DNA of 64,000 nt, taken from contig NW_024704742.1 of NCBI RefSeq assembly GCF_018977255.1, positions 14,200,001 to 14,264,000 on the forward strand. The letters are read 5' to 3'. Below are positions 50,254-63,140 of the stretch, in pieces (the stretch's first letter is position 1; each line of letters begins with the position of its first letter). The translations under genes and the position numbers were made by a program. Below the pieces are notes generated by a model. The model made no database searches. It saw only the letters and a list, made by a program, of their open reading frames with translations, and was not told the origin of the DNA. The DNA is from Callorhinchus milii (taxonomy: Eukaryota).

Positions 50254-51559
50254 GTGAGATCATAGAAGGTGCAGGCACATTTGTTATGATTTAATTCCCA
50301 GATACGAAAATAGGTCTTTGCATGAATTGAAAGATAAGAATGGAAAACGACAGTTAATGTTTTAAAGAGGATCTCTCCTCTTTATTTGAAATGTCAATTC
50401 TTTATTGCTGAACAATCCCTTGTTTGATTTCGGGAGCACACACACTGCTCAGATGTGGACTATTTGGTATGTTACATCGATTTCATCACTGGGAACGCTA
50501 CTGCTGTTCTCTCAGGTCAGGCATTCATATCAAATGCTATTTGCACTATAACACTGTGCTAGATTAGCAATTCATCCAACTTCCTCTGTAGATCATAGAA
50601 ACATCATTATATAGAGTACAACAACAACAACTTGCACTTATATAGCGCCCTCCACGCAGGGTAGCATCTCAGACTGCTTAACAGTGGCAGAGCCTGACTC
50701 ATACCACAAGCATTGAATCAATTAACCAGATGCCTAGAGCAGAGAAATGGAAATCAGCAGCTTATTGTTTTATAGACAGCATTGAATCAAACTGAGTAAA
50801 GTGAAGCATAGCACATGCACACTTACACATACACACAGCTCTCTGCTCTCTGAATTCCAGCAGGTTTGTGAACGGTTGTTTGGATGGTTATCTCTTTGCC
50901 AATATGTAAAAAGTGTAAGGATTCTTCAGCCATCAATATTGTTCCAGTTTCACTTTTTAATCCCATGAATAGTGCTGGTCAGGTGAGGTTTCCTGTATTT
51001 TGACAGACTTCATGGTCAGCTTGCATGCAAATCCCTAACAGGAATCAGTAGCCTAGCAGAGTAGAGTTCTAAAGGATTGGCCTTGAACTTATCTGGGTCC
51101 CTACAAGATTTACTAGATACATGTTCCATGCTGAATCCCACATAAAAGACCCAAGATATTTTGAATTATAAACTCTTCTAAATATGAAAGGGCAGTGTTT
51201 CCCTTTACGGGCCATGTTCCTGCCAACAATCTTCATTCTGGGATGAATTTGTTTCAAAATCTGGACAGAGGTGAGTTCAGATTGACCTAAATCAGATTTA
51301 TACAACACTTCGTAAAACACTCGCTGACTGAGCGTTTGCCACTTAATAACCAGACACTGAGAGCTCCTTGGTAAATAGTGAATCATGGGAATGTGGATCG
51401 TTTGGCTGAAATTGTTGCCATTAGACATTGTAACTTTAGCGACTGCTGTTTATGATGAGGGAATCCCATTCGCAGTTGACATTTCAGCCCATGTATCTGG
51501 AGTCAGATAAAAGATTCCCTTGTCATCATTGCTTCATGCAATCTTATCTTGATGGTAAC

Positions 51560-51975
51560 ACAGTGCTCAGCCTCTGCATTCTCATCTCTGAGTCAGGAGG
51601 TTGTGTGTTCAAGTCTCATGCCAGGACTTTGAATTCACGTAGTCTAGGTTGACACTCTAATTTAGTGCAGGAGGAGTGTTGCTTTGTTGGAGGTTCTGTC
51701 CTTCAGATGAGATGTCAAACCGAGTTCAGATGGACATTAAAGATCCCCATGCCACTATTTCAAAATCAAAAGGAGTTTCTCCCCATGACCTGACCAACAA
51801 TACCCCAAATAAAATTGGTCATGGCCTTCATGGCTGTTTGTGGGACATTATGTTGAGCAAATTATCTGTTTCATTCACACAGAAAATACAGTCATTACAC
51901 TTTTTAATGAATTGTGTAAAGCGCTTTAAGACATCATCAAAGGTGCTGTATCAAATGCAAGGATTATTATTATAT
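51560..51975 (+). mobile_element. Older Deu-domain SINE
   Basis: CTCTGAGTCAGGAGGTTGTGTGTTCAAGTC head, core, and ATCAAATGCAAGGATTATT tail. Confidence 0.78.
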
Positions 51976-53476
51976 TTACCTGGAGACTGATCTCAATTCA
52001 ACTTGATTTTGGAGCGAATGGAAGTAACAACTGACATGAGAAGATGTGTAGCAGATTTTGGAAGCCAACCTGTGGGCCATTAAGTGATTATATCCATAAT
52101 ACCTGCCACTTGGTGTCACTAAACATCATTCAAGTGATATCTCACTTAAGCTAATGGAGACAGGGTTATAAGCAGGGATTGAGCACAATTCTTATTTGTG
52201 TTGTGCTCAACCTGTTCACTACAATATTTTGATTCATATTTGGTGTGAAGAGCAGTGAACTTAATAATAATGCTAATAATAATGATGTCAGGACTAACCT
52301 ATTGTTTGCAGCAAGCGATTTATATTAATTTCCGTCTAATTCAATGTTGGTTCATTCTAACTGCACCAGGTACCAGTCCCACACCATGTGCAAAAACATT
52401 TTTTTCCCAATGAGCTCTTCCAATGCCTTGAGAAGCCCATTAACAGGAAGTGCACAAGACGAGTGTCCAGCCTGCCCCATTTTTCCTCCTTCTACTTGGA
52501 GAAATACCAAGCCTCTGCTCAGTGTGTATACCCCTTCCCCATTTCCTTACCCCATTGGTTTTAACACAATTGGGACCATTTTATCTAAAGAAACCCAGGT
52601 AAGAACTCAGGTATTATCATTGCCCACACTGTATCGCAAAACGCGAATACTGTGCCCCCACTCAACCTTTTCTTTGAAAAAAGGGATCACTTTCAATGTT
52701 ATTAGATGACATCTACAGTTTATTGCTGCTCTCAGATAAATGCACAGAATTGTCCTCAGCCCCTATTGAACGTAGCTTTGTATTAGGAAATGCAAATGCA
52801 GTTTCCTGCTCCTAATTGCTTTTCTGCTAGTAGTGGTTTGAAATCACTCCCAACAGTCCAATCTGAGGGTCGATAAATCATGCACAGAACAGAAGATTCT
52901 GCAAAAAAATTATTCACTCAATCCACGACTGTTTGTGGGACACTCCTGTGCGCAATTGGTTGCCATATTTTGCCTACATAATACAATCTATCCACTTCAC
53001 AGTATATTCTGGGAAATGCTTTGTCACATCTCAACGACATGATAAGACTTTAGGCGTTAAACACCGGCATAGACCAGTTGGGCCGAATGGCCTGTTTCTG
53101 TGCTGTATATTCTAATGTATTCTAATGTATTCTATCTGGGCTACGTTCAGTATGTGTGCTGGCTCCACAGCGCCTCATTGGGCTCTCTGATTCCTCATGT
53201 AACCTGCAGTGTCCAACATCTTTGCTTTGCTCTCCACATTTCCTCCACCCATCCCCCCCAAAAAAACACACACATACATATAACATTCCCAATAATCACA
53301 ATTATTTTGTCTGGATTCCTTGTTGCATACTGTCAGGCTTTTATGAGCAATGATCCACTTTATTTCCTCATGTTCTTTTACTGAGGCCCCGCATTGTTTT
53401 AAGTGGAATTATACTGATTGCCTAAGAGTCAGAAACTGCCAGCAACCTTCTGCCTTTCTGCCTCCAAATTGTGATC

Positions 53477-53795
53477 ATAATAATAATAATCCTTGCATTT
53501 GATATAGACCTTTTCACATCTTCTAGATGTCTCAAAGCCCTTCACAGAATATGCTGTGAAGTGAATTGACGGTATATTTGTGGGCGAAACGCGGAAGCCA
53601 ATTGCGCACAGCAATGTCCCCCAAACAGTCGTGGATTGAAAATGACCAATTTATTATTGTTTTGTTTTGGAGGGATTATTATTATTAGGCGTGTGGAGTA
53701 AGGAAACTTGTCCAAGGTTTCGCCCTGCCTGGAATTGAACCCAGGTGTCTCGCTTGCAAAGCGAGTGCTCTAACCACTGAGCTACAGGACTCCAC
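53477..53795 (-). mobile_element. Young tRNA-Ala-derived SINE, full length
   Basis: Reverse-complement copy of the same consensus. Confidence 0.92.
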
Positions 53796-54153
53796 GATAA
53801 CAATAACAAGGACTCATACATAATAACAAAAGAGAACGCCATCACACAAAGTGAATACAGAGTGCTCTGACTGTAGGAAAGGATCCAGCTGAGAAAATGA
53901 AGTGGAAAATGCAGCATGTGATGTGGTAATTATTACTGTTGTTGATTACCTTATCACTTACTACATTGTTTTTCACTCTAATGTATCAGAGGTTATATAG
54001 CAATGCAATTCAGCACTGGAAATAATGAGTTCACCACTTGCGTTTAGGTTTTCATCAATATTGAAAGAAAATCCATCCACCATCCTCAAGTTTGGCTGCG
54101 GTTTTTAGGGATTTGGTTGTATTCTTCAAAACTGACGAGTGTGAATGTTTCAG

Positions 54154-54308
54154 GAACGGATTCAGAGGATGAAGGTGATGATCTGCTGCTAAAGTCTGTG
54201 AATGAGTTTTGGTGGTTCCCCCACATGTGGAGCCACATGCAACCCCACCTCTTCCACAACGAGTCAGTGCTAGCAGAGCAGATGATTTTGAACAAAGAGT
54301 TTGCTTTG
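54154..54308 (+). CDS. NDST3: NDST3/4 coding exon 3 (155 nt): [51 protein letters not shown]
   Basis: Acceptor tgtttcag|GA in phase 1, matching the previous exon; donor TTG|gtgagt. Contains the deacetylase HMWSH motif. Confidence 0.95.
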
Positions 54309-57300
54309 GTGAGTATCTGCTGCTTCACGAGTACAACTGGTGACCTCAACTGAAACTGAAGAGGAATTTTTGTTAAGCAAAAGATCTGTGACGACAGCAT
54401 TCTGAAAGTTATATCGGATGGTGGGTAAGGATAAAGAGTGATATTCATTTTGATGCACTTTCCATCTCCCCTCCCCCCCCCCACACACGTACACACACAT
54501 TCTCACATACTCTCTTGTGCATGCACTTCCTCAGACTCACATGCACTCACATTTGCACACCTGAGTCAAAGAGGCAACCCCTGATGTGCAATTCAGATGC
54601 ACTTTCATGCCTCCCTCCCAGACTGTCAAGATATGCGCAGCACAGTCACATTTCTTTCTCTATTGGACTACAAGAACAACTACCAAACAGCTCAGGAATC
54701 AGACTCAACATTGCTGCAAAAATTGCAATAAGTTCACCACTGGAGCAGCACTGGTTGGGATGTGAGAGCTTGCCTCATTGTTCCTGAATCAGCCAAGATT
54801 CTTGCTCCTGAGATATTCAGTGATTCCCATTCCCCCCGCCGCCCTCATCTGCTGGAACATGCACATGAGTGGATCTCAGGTTTGGACAGGATTAAGTTTG
54901 GATGGGACTCCCACGCCATGCATCCCCACATTCAGCGTATTTAGGCTGGAAACACTGGGATTTATCATCCCCTTACTAACTCTGGTCATCTCTCCATTGC
55001 ATGTTTAAAATGGTCATGTTGCACGTGAGGAATAGGGGAGGAATTGGTTCCCATGAAATCAAAGCCCAGGATACATCAGCTTCAGTGGAGGGGAGGGGGA
55101 AAATGTGAATGGAGGGAAATACACACATATATGTATGCTTGCCCATAATCCAATAGCGGTTCTGATCCAGAAGTGAGTGTTTATCAGGGTTTATTGTAGT
55201 TTTACTGTCATATTGATTGATTCTGCCTAGAAACTGTTTGATCAATGAAATGTCATTTAAATTATTTATTGGCGAAATGGAATGATACTAAACTGAACTG
55301 GAAATTTTGTTGGATGAAATCAAATAAATTTTAAGGCGTTTAAACCAGAAGCTGTAGCTCCTGCAGGATATTAATCATTTTAACCTTCTGTGAAATTGGT
55401 TGTGTATAATGATTTTCTATGAATTTCAACCACAGTTTGTTGCAAAACAAACTTAAGGAAATGTGCAGTACACTTCCTCAATTCTCCAAAATAACTGTAA
55501 TAACCAGATTCTTCTTGTCTGGGCTTAAAGGAAACAATTCATCTTACAGATTTATTTCTGACACTGTTCAGCTCCTCACCTCCAATCATCCCTCTTAGGA
55601 GGCAATTATGTAATGGCACTGATGGGGTCATGAAGAAGCCTGTGACCTGGATCGATCCACCCTTCTGTGAATGGGAAAGCACACGGGCAAAGAACTGGAT
55701 ATGAAAATGGAGCTCTGTAAAAATGGTACAAAGTTCCCCAATGGTTAAAGATTTATTTGCATACAAAGAAAACAACAATGAGAACTTGCATTTATATAGC
55801 AAACTTCCGATCTTGGACATTCCTTGTTTTATTTAGCACAAGGAATACTTTAAGGAATTTGACAAATTTTACCCCAAAGGTTGCTTCTGTTGTTATGATC
55901 TGTGCAATAACACTACAGTAATCTTTACATATGATACAGTGTCTTCCTCATTAGAAGGTCATTTCAAAGTCTTTCACAGAATTTACTCTAAAGTGGAGTG
56001 AGTGTGAACCTTGTATGGATGAACAGACGACACTCAACTAAATAAGGGGAGGCTAGTGAACTGAAACCAGGGGCAAAATAAATCAACAATAAATTGTGGT
56101 GACCTGCAGTCTTTGTAGCAGGAGCCAATTCTGTGTGAGCTTTCGCTGTACCGTTTCCTCTGTTGGGTGGTGGATATTTTTGGCTGAGTTTGCAACCTCA
56201 ATTTCTGGATGGCACGAAGGTCTGAGCGGAGGCTGACCCTGATCGAGAGGGAGAGAAGGAGATAGATGGCTGCTGCCCCCATACATGCTCACTCAAGACA
56301 ATGAAAGAGAGTGACCGGCTGTACATCCACTGCACACTCTGAAGCATTAGAGAAACATTTGGATGTCCTCTTAGTTTTTCTATTACCAGACCTAGCTCAG
56401 AAAGGGGGAAGAAAGGATCAGATTTGAATTATAAAACCATACAACATTCACATTAAATCTTTAGCTTTGATGTCAATGCACTTTATAAACGTAACAGAAT
56501 CTAAGAGTGTAGTGTCTTTGAAAAGTCCTTCCCCTAAACCTCACCCCAGCCTGTCTTTTCCATTAAAAATACTTCTCTGATACAATCTTATCTGTTCAAA
56601 TTAAAGAGGATTCTTTTTATCTAATATTGCATTTCCAAACCCTCTACATCCTTTCTAATGCACATTTTCTAAAAGTCTTTTTATTCAGTGCCTCTTTGTT
56701 TAAAAGTATACTGTATTTAGTCAGCGGTGTGGAGTTTTTTTCCCCCTCTTGTTTCTGGTAGCAGTTAAACAAATCTTTTTAGTCTCTGATGGGTTTATCC
56801 ATGAATACTACACCGCCTACAGGCTTCAAGGAGCTCATTACTCAAAGACTAAAGATCTGGCATGTGGAAAGTGTACTGAACTGTGTTTGAAACCCCTGGT
56901 TATTAAAACAACAGCATTCAGTTTAGAACTGGAGGAAACTGGATACACAGCCACCCACTTGCTTGATTTTCTAACTTCACTTACCATTTTCCATTAATTT
57001 AATTCATTAGCATGAACTGACTATCTCACCAGCACTTTCTGATTGGTCCCTCCATAATCAAAGGTTGCAAGTGAACAGACTGAGTTAAACTGCACAATCA
57101 GTGAAGCTGAGAAGAAGGAATCATAATCAAGGAAACTGCTAGGAGTGTTTTTTTTAAATTATGTCCCCAAAAGTTTCAGATGAACTTCAGATTGTCTCTT
57201 GAAATAAAATATAATTTGGGTGTTAATTACATTTTTGATCTGGTTGTTTTCAATCCTTTTCTTTCATGTATTTTCAGTCACTGTTTTTTTCCCCCCGCTT

Positions 57301-58321
57301 TCCCCGCTTTAGATTTTCTTCGCTTGTTTTTCTCTGACGCACTGCTATTTTTTATTGTGCTTTCTCCATCCAACCTTCACCCTCTATTTCCATTGTTTTC
57401 TTCACATTTTCCCATCTCTCATTTTTATTCAGTCTTGCTGTGTGAGCCTGTGCAGGCTTGATGGGCTGAATGGCCTCCTTCTGCGCTGTAGATATCTATG
57501 TGTCAGTAAATCCAAATCGCACAACATTACAAATCCAGGCTCTGTCCATCAACCCATAAATGATAAAATAAAATTGTTACAAATATTGCAATTATGTGAA
57601 TGCTGTATTAAGATTAAGACAAGCAGCAAATATAGCAACATCAGCTGTCTGCATTAATATAGCGCCTTAATGTAAAATAGTGATTCAAAGCAGTTTAGAA
57701 AAATAAAATCAATCTGAAATGAAGCGAATGTTGTGATGCAGGTAAATTGAAATAAAAAGAACTATAAAAAAGTGTTTTCATTAATTTTCCAGTCGGTGGG
57801 CTGTTAGTTGACTGCCTCTCACAGTTTGTGCGATGTGAAACCTTGGTGCTTCTTGCTTTAAATTCAACATTTAATAGTCAGTTGGTTTGCTAACAGGGAG
57901 CCTGGTGATGAACAGGTCTGCTTCACACCTCAGCTGATGGATGGTGTTCACTAATCGTGTCCTAATGTGCAATTATTGCTATTTGTTAGTTCCACCAGAA
58001 GAAATCATTCCAGTTTAAAGAGTGTGTCACTTCTCCTTACTTCAAAGGCCTTACTTCACAGCCTAGTTAAGAAGCCTCAGATATTACAAATCTGCTGAAG
58101 CTACAGGGTATTCTGAATGGAGATGGGAGGATGGCATATCACCATTTCCAAGAATTTGATATTAAACTGTGAGAGAAAATATTAATATTCAGTAACACAG
58201 TAGTCTGGCTTTGCAATATTTAGCGTCTGGTTATGGTCTTGCAGTTGAGATTTTTTTATCCTCTCTCTGCACCCAGGTGAGTGAGTAAAAATGAGCTGAC
58301 AAGTATCTTTATGTGCTACAG

Positions 58322-58507
58322 GAACATGGGATCCCCATCCACATGGGCTATGCCGTGGCCCCGCATCACTCTGGCGTTTATCCGGTCCATATGCAGCTGT
58401 ACGAGGCTTGGAAGAAGGTGTGGGGCATCAAAGTGACCAGCACTGAAGAGTATCCACATTTGAAGCCTGCGCGGTACAGACATGGCTTCATCCACAATGG
58501 CATCATG
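58322..58507 (+). CDS. NDST3: NDST3/4 coding exon 4 (186 nt): [62 protein letters not shown]
   Basis: Acceptor gtgctacag|GAA, donor ATG|gtagga, phase 0/0, with a conserved NDST peptide. The next expected exon (VLPRQTCGLFTH...) is not seen before 64000. Confidence 0.95.
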
Positions 58508-58644
58508 GTAGGATTCACTTCCATTTCCCTAACTATCACTTGGTGACATTTTCTGCCCAAATGACACCAAGTCTCACCTTTAAGAACATATCATCTTAAA
58601 ATTCAAGAATGTACAGGATTGTGAAGAATTTTTCAAGTCGGTCT

Positions 58645-58905
58645 TACTTTGTTCCCTAGAATTCCATCCCCAAATCACTCCAACTCGTTCACTTCATCCC
58701 ATTTTTGATTGCAAGACTTAAAACATACCTCTTGGCCTGCACTTTCAGTCATCCTTCCCCTCCGCATCTCCACCCTTCCATCGGCTCCCACCCCTCCTTC
58801 GGCTCCCACCCCTCCCTCGGCTCCCACACCCAGCTCAGATAGCCATCCATCACTGTGAATGGGCTTTGGGGTGTCCTCCCAATGTGAAAAGTCCTAACTA
58901 TATCA
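58645..58905 (+). mobile_element. L2 3' end containing an 18-bp tandem repeat (TCGGCTCCCACCCCTCCY x ~3, 58781-58831)
   Basis: CTTAAAACATACCTCTT (LKTYL), C-rich UTR, and GTCCTCCCAATGTGAAAAG tail. Confidence 0.7.
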
Positions 58906-61900
58906 ACATAAATCATAATTTGGAAGACAGTTATTTTTAAGAACCACAGAACTCAGGCTCCCAAATTAAGACTGAATTTAAAAATTGTCCGCAGCTGAAC
59001 TTTAATTTAGATTTTATACAAAATGGTTTTACATTGCTAAGTCTTGGTGAAATGTCATGCCTCAGGTGCTATGTTATCTATAATCAATATATACGAGTAT
59101 GCTGTCCCGCTAAGGATGTCATCCGTGATCGCACTTTCTATTTAAGACAACTTCTCCTATCACATATATTTTGCTTTCCAGTTTTATATAATAATGTTCC
59201 TTGTATTTGATTTATAATGTCAACATGTGTCAAAAAGATTCACAGGTGGTTGCTATTAAGTGTAATGGTTGTATTTTGTAGGCAAATGAGGCAACCAGTT
59301 TGCACCCAGCAGTATTTATCTGGAGGATTGTTGGCCTGGACATTTTGAAAATTCTACTTTTTTCAATTGTGTCATTGGACCTTTGACAACCATTCGACCA
59401 GGAAACGCATAAGAAAGTTGTTGAGCAATTGGATGGTTAAGGAGATGGATCAGTGGCCTCGAAATTGTTACTATATAGGATGAGAAAATGCAACATGTGG
59501 TGTGATAATTCTCACTGGTGATAATTGTCACATTGCCATAAATTGCGGTCCAACCAGTCAATAACTAGATGTGAGATGTGATGTGGCAGTGGGCCTGATT
59601 CCTCTGGCCCAGATTTCAGTGCAATGATGTGGCCCGAAGCTGACCTGGGGTTGTCATTGTTGCTGCCGCCCACAGAGCACAGTATTTAAGTGACATTTCA
59701 TGGGATACAGTCATCAATCCCAAACGGCACCACCAACAGCGGTAACTAGTGACTTGGACTGAGTCAGTGTTCAAAGTCTAGGAGGAAAATTGACCACAAT
59801 TCTTGGCTATCTGATAAGTGAAAACCAGTGAAAATTATTACATCTCACATCTTTCATTACTTAGTCACCCAGGATAGATAACCAGCGGTGTTACAAAGAA
59901 ATAATCCAATGAAGGTATCAAGACATTATCCTTTTTAAAGAACTGGCCCTGGATTATATCTTCATAAAATTTATCAAATAGAGAATAAAATTGCTTAACT
60001 CACAATGACAAAATAATAATACTTATATTTGGTTTTGCATCTTTCACTTCGGGATGACATTACAAAGTACTTTACAGGACATACTGAAAGCAGAGTGACT
60101 GGATATTTTGTGGGCAATCCTGAGAGTAAGAAAACACTTAATTGGACAGGAGCAGTACTTTCTGCCACATTATTCCTAAATAGGTTAAGGAATGCACTAA
60201 GGAATATAGCAATTTTTGTCCTGCAGTGAGCAGTGCAGAATTGCAGAGCAAATAACTCACATCTCATAGCTTCATATTGTTGCAGAGTGAAGCTCTGATG
60301 TGAATATTTGGGGGGAGAAGGACATATTTTTATTTCGTCATAAAGTGCTCCCTGTATGTTGTAGTTATGGAGTGCACTAGAAGAAGACTCACATCAGAAC
60401 CTTACCACATTTTTTTTGATTCTACTGAGCCCTTAAGGTTTTGGTTTGTGTTCGGTTGAAAAGGCTTTGTGCATCTGAGCAATGTTGGCAATGTTGCGAT
60501 GCAAAATGCATCAGTTTGACACAGGGTAAGTGAGAGTGTTGAATTGGTGCAGTCTGTCAAGGATTCCACCAGCCTTGGGGCAATATATCAAATTTGAAAG
60601 AGTGATGGCCAACCTTAACACAAAGTCTAATATGTGAGTGCTGCCAACTGTGGCCAGTGCACACATGTTTTTTGCAATCCATTTGATGACTTAGGTGAAA
60701 TCTTCACAAGCACGTAAACAAAAATTGCCTCCGGGTTTCCTGTTGATACTCCAGCAGTTATGCCTCCCATCGCAACACAGCCTCAGTGTTCTGCTGTTCT
60801 GCAACGAGAGGAGGCTAGAAGCCCTAATGGCATTGCCAGGGTTTGTAGAGTTGTTGTCTCATATGGTGTAATTATCTCTTCCTGTTGCGTTTGGAGAGGC
60901 AGCAAGCTTTAATTAAAACAAAATGCAGCTCAGTGTAACTGGAAAATCACTGGAATAGAATGTGGAGTGTTGGAAAGTCACTGTGGAAAAAAACGAGGGA
61001 TCGGGGACTTAATTAACAAAGTAGTCTCTTCAGCAATCTACTTCTTGTTTCTAAGCTTTTTAAATCTGTTTAAAATCAAACACTGAATTCTGGTTGGAAT
61101 TCGGGCCACCACCACTAATGTACATTGTGCTTCAACTCGGATGCATTGAAAATCTACTAACAAGGGACCGAAATTCCATCTAGCCCTAGCCTAATTTAAA
61201 GAAATTCTCTCGTAAAATTTAAGATTGTAGTAAAAATCTTATATTAAATAGGAAGCTTTTTTTAAGAGCTATGGAAAATAGTTAATATTGAATTCAAGTG
61301 TTTGTCATAATTATGGAGAATATTACATTTTATGGTAAAATGGACTCACAAAGACTAGGTGAAATGCAAGAGCTAATTCCCTATAAATTTGGAGGTTTGG
61401 GCAGATGACTGTGGCTGGTTATTATGTTTACTCTGCAACAATGACTTGCACATATAACTTTCAAGAAGATTAGGTAGAATTTCATTTTCGCCCACAAAAT
61501 AGTTAATCAGTATACAACATATTATGTGAAGCACTTTGAGACATCATCTCAATGTGAAAGGCACTATATAAAATGTAATATTATAATTAATGTCTCAAAG
61601 CTCTTAATTATGATTCAAGTACATCAATTGGAAGCTAAATTAAAAATGTATGATTTTGGGGAGATGTCTGAAGACAGGTAGAGAGGAAGTGAAGAAAAGA
61701 GGCTTTGAATTAGAGTTCCAGAAGGTATAGAGGCTGAAGGCTCTGGCACCAATGGTGGGTTGGAGCATGTGAGGAACAAACAATAGATCAGAATCAGAGG
61801 AGCAAAGGATACGAGCAGGAGAGTAGGGTTGGAGGAGATCGCTTAGATAGTGATGAGCTTAGCCCTTAACAGAACTTTTCTGACCATTTCTCCATAAAAT

Positions 61901-62745
61901 TATACACCAACAGCAGGCCTGGATAGAACGCAATGCATTGGCCTGTCAGTCAGTGAATTTATTGATAAACAGAGAATAAAATTTGCAGCTCAGGTTTTAA
62001 ATCACATACCATGTATGAGGTCCTCCTATAGCAAAATTGTTAGCTGTTTATAATGAAATGCTGAGTACTTATCTTCCATTTAGGTGTGCAGGACAATGGA
62101 CTGTGTCTTGGAGATCAATGGGAACCTGTACTCTGGGTTATTAAGAACTTAATCTCTGTCTCTGCACTAACTGGTTCTTGGAATTGGACATTTTAAAGGT
62201 GTTAACTTCAGTGCAACTACAAACCATCTGCCTCAAGATCACATTTTTCCGGCAAAGATTTAGACAGACTCACAATCTTTGTTAGATTATGCAGTCATAA
62301 GAAAGCATTGAATAAGCAAAACCTAATTAGTCCATCAACTCCTCTCCCCAATCCATTGTATCCTATGTTGTGCTTCAGCCCCTAATCTTCCATGGCCTTC
62401 AAAAAAAAAACCTTTGGAGACACTTCCCCTGTCTCCAAAAGAAAATTGAGCAAAAACTCCAGATCATTTATCCACCTCAGGATCTCCTCTATCTAACCCT
62501 ATCTCTTTCCTCCAACAAAAAACAGATTTCCCATCCCTGCCTCTGCTCCACCACAGAAATTATAAGGTTTCATAGAGTACATGATCATCCTGATCTGTTT
62601 CTATCATTTGCCAAGCGGATACTTGGCTTCCACCAATGTTGATAAAGTTGTGTTAAATCCATGGCCCAGTACTATCAGACCTCAAATCATGTCAAAGTCT
62701 TACAGTCTTCAGTCCAGTGAGTGCCTAGAGGTGACACAAGCCCTG

Positions 62746-63140
62746 CAACAACAACAACAACAACAAGATTCCATTTATAGAGCGCCTTTCACATCGGGAG
62801 GACGTCCCAAGGCGCTGTACAGTTGGGTCAGGACCCGAGCAGGGGGAAATGGTCAGGGTGAGGGGAGGGAAGGGAGGGAGTGAGGAGGGGGGAAATGGTC
62901 AGGGTGAGGGGAGGGAAGGGAGGGAGCGAGGAGGGGGTAGAGAGTCGAGACGGGAGCTGAAGGCACGGTCAAAGAGAAAGGTCTTGAGACCGGCCTTGAA
63001 GGAGGAGGCAAGGCGAAGGCACTGGGGGTTAGAGTTCCAGAGCCTAGGGCCTGAGAGGCTGAAGGCCCGGCCACCGATGGTAGGGCAGTTGGGGCGGGGG
63101 ATATGGAGCAGACCGGAGCCAGAGGAACGGACCCAGGACG
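62746..63140 (-). mobile_element. Relatively young L2 3' end with a 46-bp tandem duplication in its UTR (62842-62933)
   Basis: TIGGRAFSLSGPRLWNS...FKAGLKTFLFDRAF, a (CAA)n tail, and retained CpGs. Confidence 0.9.

Noticed and set aside
62841..62938. G-quadruplex-like G-run cluster
   Set aside because: Explained by the duplicated purine-rich strand of an L2 3' UTR; no sign of a locus-specific role.
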